Under the pieces are notes generated by a model. That model did no database searches and had not been told where the DNA came from. It saw only the letters and a program-made list of their open reading frames with translations. A stretch of DNA of 64,000 bases from a bacterium (GTDB lineage: Bacteria > Gemmatimonadota > Gemmatimonadetes > Gemmatimonadales > Gemmatimonadaceae). Positions 37,143-44,664 of the stretch are shown here, piece after piece. Position numbers and translations under genes: made by a program. The stretch lies in the NCBI GenBank assembly GCA_040003455.1, contig JBDUCM010000009.1:939-64938 (forward strand). The letters run 5' to 3'. Each line of letters begins with the position of its first letter. Within the stretch, counting starts at the first letter, position 1.

Positions 37143-38213
37143 ATGTCGAGTCTTTCGAGTCGTTCGCGCTATCAAATCGTTCGTGATGAACTCGTCGCAC
37201 ATCCGCAGACTTGGCTGGTGACGGGGGCAGCAGGCTTCATAGGCTCTAACCTGGCCCAAGAGCTCGTCGGTCTGGGGCAGCACGTGGTGGGGTTCGACAA
37301 CTTTTCGACGGGCTATCAGCATAACGTCGATGAAGTCACGGCCGCGTGCGTTGGTTCAACAGGCACCTTCCGCTTTGTCGAGGGCGACATTCGGGACGTC
37401 GAAGCGTGTCGGGCGGCCTGCGTCGGCGTGAATTTCGTGTTGCATCAAGCGGCGCTGGCTTCGGTACCGAGGTCGATCGCGGATCCGATCTCGAGCACGG
37501 CCGTGAACGTTGATGGATTCCTGAACGTCCTGGTTGCGGCGCGCGATGCGTCAGCGAAGCGGGTGGTGTATGCGTCGTCCAGCTCTGTTTACGGGGATGC
37601 GACGACAATTCCGCAGGTGGAAGACAAGACGGGCACGGTGCTCTCGCCGTACGCTGCCACAAAGGCCACGAACGAACTGTTTGCGGGAGTATTCCAACGG
37701 ACATACGGTCTGCAAACGGTCGGGCTTCGCTACTTCAACGTCTTCGGCCGCCGGCAGGACCCGAACGGCGCATACGCAGCCGTTATCCCTCGCTGGATCG
37801 ACGCGCTCTTGAAGGAGTCGCCATGCCGCATCTTTGGCGACGGTGAAACCAGTCGCGATTTCTGCTACATCGCCAACGTGGTGCAGGCCAACATTCTCGC
37901 GGCGGTGGCTGACGACGACGCGACAAGTCAGGCATACAACGTTGCGTGTGGCGAAGAGACGTCGCTCAACGAGCTGTTCACCATGATTCGTGATGGTCTT
38001 GTCGCGCAGGCACCGTTCGTTGCCGCGGCAAGCCAGGTGTATGACGAAGCTCGGCCTGGCGACATCAGGCGCTCGCTGGCCGATATCGGAAAGGCGCGCA
38101 AGCTGTTGGGATATGAACCAACACATCGCGCGGCCGCAGGTCTGGAGGAAGCGTTGCAGTGGTATGCGACTCAACTGCTGTCGCTCGATTCGGAGACTGC
38201 AGCAGCATTGTAG
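37143..38213 (+). CDS. NAD-dependent nucleotide-sugar 4-epimerase (TviC/WbpP-type, UDP-GlcNAc(A) C4-epimerase-like)
   Basis: 356 aa. WLVTGAAGFIGSNL..L......V.G.DNFSTGYQHNV......FRFVEGDIRD, YASSSSVYGD and SPYAATK (the YxxxK is present) are typical of the TviC/WbpP/CapN extended SDR group. Confidence 0.85.
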   Translation: MSSLSSRSRYQIVRDELVAHPQTWLVTGAAGFIGSNLAQELVGLGQHVVGFDNFSTGYQHNVDEVTAACVGSTGTFRFVEGDIRDVEACRAACVGVNFVLHQAALASVPRSIADPISSTAVNVDGFLNVLVAARDASAKRVVYASSSSVYGDATTIPQVEDKTGTVLSPYAATKATNELFAGVFQRTYGLQTVGLRYFNVFGRRQDPNGAYAAVIPRWIDALLKESPCRIFGDGETSRDFCYIANVVQANILAAVADDDATSQAYNVACGEETSLNELFTMIRDGLVAQAPFVAAASQVYDEARPGDIRRSLADIGKARKLLGYEPTHRAAAGLEEALQWYATQLLSLDSETAAAL

Positions 38214-38268
38214 AACTGGTTGTACGTGCACTCACGGCTGTCCCTTTTTCGCCCCAACTCGAACCGCA

Positions 38269-39210
38269 ATGGTTGAGCTTTCGAAGCGTCCCATGCTCGT
38301 ACTGATCGCCAGCCACGGTGAGTGGGTTGGCCGATCCGTGGAGAGCGTACTCGAGTTGAACGGTTACACCGTGTTGCGCGTGGCAGGCGGACGCCGAGCA
38401 TTGGATCTCGCCCGACGAATCAATCCCGATGCGGTGCTGCTGGATGATTCACTGACGGAGATGGGCGGGGTCGAAGTGTGCCGAGCGCTACGCGACGATC
38501 CCTTGTTCGATCATTCCATCCCGGTGTTCGTTACGTCGCCTGCGCCTGCGTCCAACCGGGTCCGCTTGGCCGCGTACGAAGCCGGCGCCTGGGATTTCTG
38601 TAGCCAGCCCCTGGACGTCGAAACGTTGCTCCTGAAGATCGGAACCTTCGTTCGGGCGCGACGCCGGCTCGAGGATGTCGCGGCAACCTCCCTGATCGAT
38701 CCGCTGACGGGCCTCTATAGTGTCTACGGCCTCCAGCAGTGGGCTGAACAGTTGGGGGCACGGGCGCAGCGAAAGCACGAGCCATTCGCCTGTCTGGCCG
38801 TCACCTCGCACAGCTCCTCCGAAGGCGCCAGCACGGGAAAGCCGGCGAGTGCCGAACTCGCGTACATGGCGGACGTCTGTCGCGCTCAGAGTCGAAAGTC
38901 TGACGTCGTAGGCTACGTGGGAGAGAGTCGCTTCGCGATTCTGGCCCCGGACACCGATGAAGCAGGGGCGCGCCAGTTCGTCGACCGGCTGCAACGCGCC
39001 GTCTCGAAGACGTCGGCCACCGTCGAAGTCGACCAACCCTACTCGGGATTGCACGCCGGATTCTACGCGGTTCCCGACTTCAGTGCCGCGGGAGTCGATG
39101 CCAACGAAGTCGTGCGGCGCGCGAAAGCAGCGCTCCAGCACGCTCAAGCACAGATGGTCGGCAAGCGGACGAGCGGTGCTTTCAGCTTCAGCGAGTTGCC
39201 GGTAAACTGA
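38269..39210 (+). CDS. Pseudo-receiver (REC-like) fused to a degenerate GGDEF domain
   Basis: ATG at 38269. The REC-like fold has LVLIASHGEW in place of the DD acidic pair and SQP in place of the conserved KP, although an Asp remains in VLLDD. The GGDEF-like domain starts at DPLTGLYS, but the signature reads VGESRF instead of GGDEF. Confidence 0.7.
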   Translation: MVELSKRPMLVLIASHGEWVGRSVESVLELNGYTVLRVAGGRRALDLARRINPDAVLLDDSLTEMGGVEVCRALRDDPLFDHSIPVFVTSPAPASNRVRLAAYEAGAWDFCSQPLDVETLLLKIGTFVRARRRLEDVAATSLIDPLTGLYSVYGLQQWAEQLGARAQRKHEPFACLAVTSHSSSEGASTGKPASAELAYMADVCRAQSRKSDVVGYVGESRFAILAPDTDEAGARQFVDRLQRAVSKTSATVEVDQPYSGLHAGFYAVPDFSAAGVDANEVVRRAKAALQHAQAQMVGKRTSGAFSFSELPVN

Positions 39211-39218
39211 CACCTTGT

Positions 39219-39236
39219 TGTTGCGGTGTCGCAACA
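39219..39236 (+). repeat. Inverted repeat TGTTGCG-GTGT-CGCAACA immediately after the 38269 gene stop
   Basis: Read directly: 7-bp arms with a 4-nt spacer. It shares the CGCAACAG core seen at 31217 and 42924. Confidence 0.5.
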
Positions 39237-39377
39237 GAATCGTCCATTGGACGGCTTACGAATCCGCGATCGAGCCTCTCGATCGCGGATTTCTTGCTCT
39301 CATCGGACTGGTCGGGAAGATTTCCTTGACAAGACGACCGAAATGCAAGAGCTTGTGACGCGCCTCACCAACTGTTG

Positions 39378-39397
39378 TTGTTGGAGATAAGCAACAA
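39378..39397 (+). repeat. Inverted repeat TTGTTG-N8-CAACAA upstream of the sigma-54 activator gene
   Basis: Read directly, about 55 nt upstream of the ATG at 39453. It is related to the motif at 39219 and at 27609/27643. Confidence 0.45.
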
Positions 39398-39452
39398 TTC
39401 GTGACGCTTCCAGGCTGGACAATCTCCTCATTCCCGACGTCGGGTCGTTCAA

Positions 39453-41030
39453 ATGTCTAACTCTGGTAGCGGCCAATCGCCGTTCGCCTCGTCTGATTCG
39501 GATACGGTCTCACGTGTGACTGACTCGGCCATCTCCCTCCGGCCGCCTGTGGGCGAGACGCCCATTCCCGACTCGGCGATGGTGCCGATTGAGGCGCGCG
39601 CGTCCATTCGCGTACTGGTCGTGGACGACGACCGCATCCTCCGGGAGGGATGCGCGAGTGTCCTCCAGGTGGAGGGCTACAATGTCGCGTCGAGCGGACG
39701 CGGCGATGAAGCCATTGAACTGTTCCGGCGCTCCCGCTTCGACATCGTGCTCGTGGATCTGTACATGACGCCGGTTCCAGGCATCGAGATCCTCAAGGCG
39801 GTGCTCGAGGCCCAGCCCAACACCATCGTCATCGTCATGACGGGCAATCCAAGCGTCGCGTCGAGCCTGGAAGCCATGCGCATTGGCGCTTGGGACTACC
39901 TGCCGAAGCCGTTCTCGGGTACGCACCTGCACCTGATGTTCGGACGCGCGGCCCATGCGGTGCTCACCAATCGCGCGCGGACCGAGGCCAGTGTCGACCT
40001 GGTAAACCAGCACGGAAACAGCGACCAGATCACGCTGCTGGGTGTGTCGCCCGCATTCCGAACGGCCGTGGAACTGGCGCGAAAGGTTGCTGCGACCAAT
40101 GCGTCGGTGATGCTCGTTGGCGACAGCGGCACCGGCAAGGAGATGTTCGCCCAATTCATCCACCGCCACAGCCGGCGCTCCAACGAAGCACTCGTCCCGA
40201 TCAATTGCGCGGCAATGCCCGAGCACCTGCTCGAGTCGGAGATGTTCGGCCACCGGAAGGGCGCGTTCACCGGGGCCGACCGTGAAAAGACGGGCCTGCT
40301 CGAAGCCGCCCACGGCGGGACATTCTTCCTGGACGAGCTCACCGAAATGGCGCTGCCCCTCCAGGCCAAGCTGCTGCGAGTGGTGCAGGATGGCGTGGTG
40401 CGTCGCGTCGGAAGCGAACAACAGGATGCACAGGTGGATATCCGATTCATCTCCGCCACCAACCGCGATCCCCGCCTGGCAATCCAGAGCAAGCACCTGC
40501 GTGAGGATCTGTACTACCGGCTGAATGTGGTATCCATCGCCCTCCCCCCGCTCCGGTCGCGCGTCGAGGACATCCCCATCCTCGCCAACCACTTTCTGGG
40601 GCATTTCTGGAAGCGACACCACACGCAGCGTGATGCCCTGCCCCAGCTCAGCGACTCCGCGATGGAGTTCCTGCAGGGCCGAGCCTGGCGCGGGAACGTC
40701 CGCGAGCTGCAGAACGTGATCGAACACGTGGTCGTGCTCACGGCACCGGGCACGGTGATCCAGAAAGAGGACATCCCGCTGCACAACCAGGATGATTCGT
40801 TCACGGAACAGGGTGTTACGGTGGGGATTCCGATGCACGACGCCTATCACGTTGCGAAGGAGCAGGTTTTGGCGTCCTTCGAGAAGGAATACGTGACGCG
40901 GCTGGTTTCCCGGGCTTCCGGGAACATGTCGCGGGCCGCTCGACTGGCCAGCGTAGACCGGACCACCCTCTACCGTCTGCTCGAGCGTCACGGGTTTCGC
41001 CGTGACTCCAACGAGACGCTCACGCTCTAG
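39453..41030 (+). CDS. NtrC-family sigma-54-dependent response regulator (REC + AAA+ + Fis-type HTH); PrsR-like by context
   Basis: 525 aa. The receiver has RVLVVDDD...DIVLVDLYM...YLPKPF. Walker A is GDSGTGKEMFA, the sigma-54 contact loop is GAFTGA (HRKGAFTGAD), and the C-terminal HTH is NMSRAARLASVDRTTLYRLLERHG. Confidence 0.9.
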   Translation: MSNSGSGQSPFASSDSDTVSRVTDSAISLRPPVGETPIPDSAMVPIEARASIRVLVVDDDRILREGCASVLQVEGYNVASSGRGDEAIELFRRSRFDIVLVDLYMTPVPGIEILKAVLEAQPNTIVIVMTGNPSVASSLEAMRIGAWDYLPKPFSGTHLHLMFGRAAHAVLTNRARTEASVDLVNQHGNSDQITLLGVSPAFRTAVELARKVAATNASVMLVGDSGTGKEMFAQFIHRHSRRSNEALVPINCAAMPEHLLESEMFGHRKGAFTGADREKTGLLEAAHGGTFFLDELTEMALPLQAKLLRVVQDGVVRRVGSEQQDAQVDIRFISATNRDPRLAIQSKHLREDLYYRLNVVSIALPPLRSRVEDIPILANHFLGHFWKRHHTQRDALPQLSDSAMEFLQGRAWRGNVRELQNVIEHVVVLTAPGTVIQKEDIPLHNQDDSFTEQGVTVGIPMHDAYHVAKEQVLASFEKEYVTRLVSRASGNMSRAARLASVDRTTLYRLLERHGFRRDSNETLTL

Positions 41031-41176
41031 GTAATCCCTCAGTACCTTAGCCGCGCCCCAATTGTTCGGACGTGCCGTAGTCGCCTGGCCAATCACTCTG
41101 GCGGCTGCGGCATCGTTGTTTCCCCACCGACCTGCAGCCTCACACGCAGTTGACTTTATCACATGTCGCGACTGAC

Positions 41177-42223
41177 ATGGTGAGTCCTTCGTTGCGGGAC
41201 TTGCTCCTGCTCGCCGCCGAACGTGCGGCCACGGAGTTGGCTCGCGTCGAGCGTACTCCTGTGGCGGATATCCAAGCACAACTGGGCCGCCTCGTGCGGC
41301 TTGGGCTTGGTGCGTCGTTCACGGAGCAGAACGGTGCGTACGAGGATGAGCGGATCGCGGCACAGCGGGCCGTGCCCCGCCACTACGCGAACGCGCTGCG
41401 TTCGGCGTTGCTGAAGGTCGTGGCAGAGGATCGTCCGAGCATTGACGGTGGTGAGCTGGCGGCGCTCATGACCGCCATGGACTCCGGGGACATCCCGCTA
41501 CTCCCGGATAGCCATAACGAGTTCACACGTCACCTCGCGAACGCCGACGCAGTGAACGCCGTTGTCGAGATCGCCCACGACATGCGTTCGCCGCTCACCT
41601 CCATCCTGTTCCTGGTCGAAACGTTGCGGCGCGGACAGAGCGGACCCGTGAACGCGGTGCAGGAGAGGCAGTTGGGCCTCATCTATGGTGCCGCCCTGGG
41701 ACTCAACACCTTGGCGTGCGACGTGATCGACGCGGTCCGAGGTGGCCAACGTCTCGTGGACGGCCGCCCCATCCCGTTCTCCGTCGCGGAAGTGATACTC
41801 GGCGTCTGCGACACGGTACGCCCCATCAGCGAGGAGAAGGGGCTACCGATCACGTATTTGCTGCCCGCCGTTGACGGTCGGCTCGGCTACCCGGGCGCGT
41901 TGGGCCGCGTACTGCTGAACCTGACCACGAATGCTCTGAAGTACACGAATGAAGGCTCGGTGACCGTCGGAGCCACCGAACTGGGTGAAACGCGTATGTG
42001 CTTCTGGGTATCCGACACGGGCCAGGGCATTCCACCGCACGTGATGAACATGTTGTTCGATGGGTTCCGGCCGAGCGCGTCCGGAATGCGATTCTCGAAC
42101 GCCGGGCTTGGCCTGGCGATCTGTCAGGACTTCCTGCGCTCGATGGGGACGTCATTGCAGGTGGAGTCGAGCCCGGAGAAGGGGACCCGCTTCTCGTTCG
42201 AGATCGACCTGCGCAGGGCCTAG
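41177..42223 (+). CDS. Soluble sensor histidine kinase (HisKA + HATPase_c) with an unassigned ~130-aa N-terminal domain
   Basis: In-frame ATG at 41177; the track ORF begins at a TTG at 41150. H-box is EIAHDMRSPLTSI, N-box is LLNLTTNALKYT, and G-boxes are VSDTGQGI and GLGLAIC. No TM segment is visible. Confidence 0.8.
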   Translation: MVSPSLRDLLLLAAERAATELARVERTPVADIQAQLGRLVRLGLGASFTEQNGAYEDERIAAQRAVPRHYANALRSALLKVVAEDRPSIDGGELAALMTAMDSGDIPLLPDSHNEFTRHLANADAVNAVVEIAHDMRSPLTSILFLVETLRRGQSGPVNAVQERQLGLIYGAALGLNTLACDVIDAVRGGQRLVDGRPIPFSVAEVILGVCDTVRPISEEKGLPITYLLPAVDGRLGYPGALGRVLLNLTTNALKYTNEGSVTVGATELGETRMCFWVSDTGQGIPPHVMNMLFDGFRPSASGMRFSNAGLGLAICQDFLRSMGTSLQVESSPEKGTRFSFEIDLRRA

Positions 42224-42276
42224 CCCTTCGAGCGACCACGCTCGCCCTTCACCGCCTCATACGCCATCAGCTGATC

Positions 42277-42750
42277 ATGGACAATTATCCACGTCTGGCG
42301 CCCGTCGCCTATGTCATCGCCTTCCTGCTCGTCATCGTCCCCCTCTTCGACAGCATCATGGGGGTGGCTCCGCTTCACCTCGGGAACGCTCAGTGGCGCT
42401 TCGGCGCATTCGGAATGCTCAGCAATTCCTTGGTCTTCCCGTTCGTCGGGCTACTGATTGCGGTTGCCGTTTCGATGGCCTTCGAACACGAAGGGATGCA
42501 GAAATTCCTCTGGGTCACCTGCTGGCTCGCGGCCGTGGTGCTGGTCCTCTCGGTGATCTTCTTTGCGCTCGATTCCGTCCAGACGCGGACGCACATCCGG
42601 GCAGACATCCAGACGTCGTTCGAAATTGCCAGCTGGACCGCGCTCGTGAAGCTTTTCCTGGGTGCGGTGGTGTTCGGGATGATGGGTTGGGCGATCCCTG
42701 GCGGCGAGCTCTTCAACATTCCCGAGTTCCACCTTCGTCGGGCCGAATAG
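42277..42750 (+). CDS. Hypothetical 4-TM membrane protein
   Basis: ATG at 42277 gives MDNYPRLAPVAYVIAFLLVIVPLF... with four hydrophobic helices. It lies 53 nt after the kinase stop. No recognisable family. Confidence 0.5.
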   Translation: MDNYPRLAPVAYVIAFLLVIVPLFDSIMGVAPLHLGNAQWRFGAFGMLSNSLVFPFVGLLIAVAVSMAFEHEGMQKFLWVTCWLAAVVLVLSVIFFALDSVQTRTHIRADIQTSFEIASWTALVKLFLGAVVFGMMGWAIPGGELFNIPEFHLRRAE

Positions 42751-43042
42751 CAAACGGGAAGGCCGAGGCTCGCTCGTAGGCGCCGCGGAGGCGCTCCGCC
42801 AGCGAGCTGTTGTAGTAATCCTACAGTCTGTGGGACGGATCGGGCAATGTGGGTGTTTTTTGACACCTGACCAAAAGTGGGACAACTTTGCTAACGCATT
42901 GATTTACAACAGCCTATACCGATCGCAACAGCGGAAACAGCGGACACGAGCAGGGGAATGAATCATGCCTTGATCTGGTCCATCGAGAGGTCGCCCCCTT
43001 GGTCCTCCGGTTCCGCCTTCCACGACTTTCGTACAGGTACTC

Positions 43043-43705
43043 ATGCGTTCTCGTATTGCTGCATTGCTGCTGACGGCGACCGTTTTTGCCGCGGCCCCGC
43101 TTCAGGCACAGACGCTGTTCACGTACAACGGCACTGGCAGCGCCAGCAAGGTGAACTACGGCACCACCAGCAGCCCAAACTGGCAGTGGGTTGGCACGTA
43201 CAGTGGAACGGAAGGCTCCGGATCGAGCGCCGTGGGCATCGGCCTCAATTGCGTAGACTTCTTTCATCATGTCACCACTGGTGAGCAGTGGTACGCCGAC
43301 ATCGACAACCTCGGCAGCGGCAACATCTCGGACACGCGTCACCCGTCGTCGCTCGCGCTGTACAAGCAGGCGGCATGGCTGATCTCGCAGGAAACCACCT
43401 CGAACGTCCAGGCCATTCAGGGCACGATCTGGAACCTGTTCTCGCCGGCCCCGGGCATCGCCAGCAGCTCGTATTGGCTCGGCCAGGCGCAGTCGCACTA
43501 TGGCAGCATGGATTTCACCAACTGGTACGTCGTCACCGACGTCCGCGCCCTCACGTCGCAAGACGCCGTCAGCGCACAGGAGTTCATCATCTACCAGCCT
43601 GGCCTCCACACCACCACCACGCCAGAACCGGCATCAATGGTGCTCCTTGGAACTGGCCTGATCGGCATGGCGGCGGTTCGCCTCCGTCGGAAAAAGAACT
43701 CCTAG
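43043..43705 (+). CDS. PEP-CTERM sorting-domain protein (predicted exosortase substrate) with an unassigned N-terminal domain
   Basis: 220 aa with signal peptide MRSRIAALLLTATVFAAAPLQAQ. The C-terminus TTTTPEPASMVLLGTGLIGMAAVRLRRKKNS shows the PEP motif, a TM helix and a basic tail. Confidence 0.88.
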   Translation: MRSRIAALLLTATVFAAAPLQAQTLFTYNGTGSASKVNYGTTSSPNWQWVGTYSGTEGSGSSAVGIGLNCVDFFHHVTTGEQWYADIDNLGSGNISDTRHPSSLALYKQAAWLISQETTSNVQAIQGTIWNLFSPAPGIASSSYWLGQAQSHYGSMDFTNWYVVTDVRALTSQDAVSAQEFIIYQPGLHTTTTPEPASMVLLGTGLIGMAAVRLRRKKNS

Positions 43706-43764
43706 TTCTCGCGACTGACCTCGAGTTCGGAGAGGCAGAAAGCTCCTCGAAGCGGGTAACAGTA

Positions 43765-43805
43765 AAGAAGGTCCCGGGCCACTCGCCCGGGACCTTCTTG
43801 TATTC
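43765..43805 (+). terminator. Intrinsic terminator after the PEP-CTERM gene
   Basis: AAGAAGGTCCCGGGC / GCCCGGGACCTTCTT is a perfect 15-bp stem with the 5-nt loop CACTC, followed by GTATT. Confidence 0.7.
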
Positions 43806-44155
43806 GGCACCCCCGCGGTGCGCTCTGTAGCCACGGGCCACCCGCGCCGCCCGAGAATCCGCGCACGGTCGAAAATGTAGATCGCGCGACGTGGTGCCGA
43901 GAATACCGTGTGGCGCCGATCACCCCGAAGACCGGATCCTCGGCGCTCCTGATCGCTCGATTGGTCACGAAAGGTACAAAACGGCCGCTCGGCATTGGTG
44001 GTGGGGCATTCTGCGACAGTAGCGGGCACGGCTGATCGCGATCTGCCCAGTAGAGACGAGCAGCCCACAAGAAATCGCAAAACCACGGTCAAGTTCGGGT
44101 CATTGTGGCCGACATTAATAGACGACACCCCTTTACCCTCTATCAAGGTCTACCA

Positions 44156-44566
44156 ATGACGCGTCCACACTCCCTGCTCCGCCGCGCAGGACTCGCCGCG
44201 GCCATCGCAATCACCTGCGTTGTCACTCCCGCTGCGCTTCGCGCGCAAGGTGAGGCGCATGAAATGTCCGAGCTCGAGACGATGCCGAAGTTCAGTTCGG
44301 CCTCTGCCGCAGCTCGATTGATCCAGCGTTCGTACCCGGAAGCGCTCCGGCGCGCGGGAATCAACGGAACCGTCCAGCTCGAGTTCGTCGTCGGCGCGTC
44401 AGGCAAGGTCGAGCCGGGTTCCGTGCAGATCGTCGCCGCCTCGAGCCCGCAGCTCGGTGAAGCCGCAAAGGAAATCGCCGAAAAGATCGAGTTCACACCG
44501 GGAACGATCAAGGGTGAGCCCGTCCGCGCGAAGGTGCTCCTGCCGCTGGTCTACAAGGCACAGTAG
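44156..44566 (+). CDS. TonB C-terminal domain protein
   Basis: ATG at 44156, with a signal/anchor segment. The C-terminal part reads YPEALRRAGINGTVQLEFVVGASGKVEPGSVQIV.....L.EAA.....K.EFTPG...GEPVRAKVLLPLVY, the TonB_C pattern. Confidence 0.7.
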   Translation: MTRPHSLLRRAGLAAAIAITCVVTPAALRAQGEAHEMSELETMPKFSSASAAARLIQRSYPEALRRAGINGTVQLEFVVGASGKVEPGSVQIVAASSPQLGEAAKEIAEKIEFTPGTIKGEPVRAKVLLPLVYKAQ

Positions 44567-44584
44567 TCGATTTTGTTTTCTCCC

Positions 44585-44611
44585 GCGGACAGGCTCACTG
44601 AGTCTGTCCGC
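44585..44611 (+). terminator. Hairpin between the TonB-like gene and the MCP gene
   Basis: GCGGACAG..CTCA-C-TGAG..CTGTCCGC is a composite stem. The T-rich run lies on the 5' side, so its function in the + direction is uncertain. Confidence 0.35.
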
Positions 44612-44664
44612 GTCGTCACCCACGGCACACCGACCGGTGCGGCCCCCTCCGCTTGAGAAAGAGT

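Noticed and set aside
42878-42892. Sigma-54-like TGGGACAACTTTGCT upstream of the PEP-CTERM gene
   Set aside because: GG and GC are separated by 9 nt rather than the invariant 10, so it does not satisfy the strict -24/-12 spacing. It is kept only as a note because nearby GTGGGAC repeats (42829, 42877) and the CGCAACAG element may still be regulatory.
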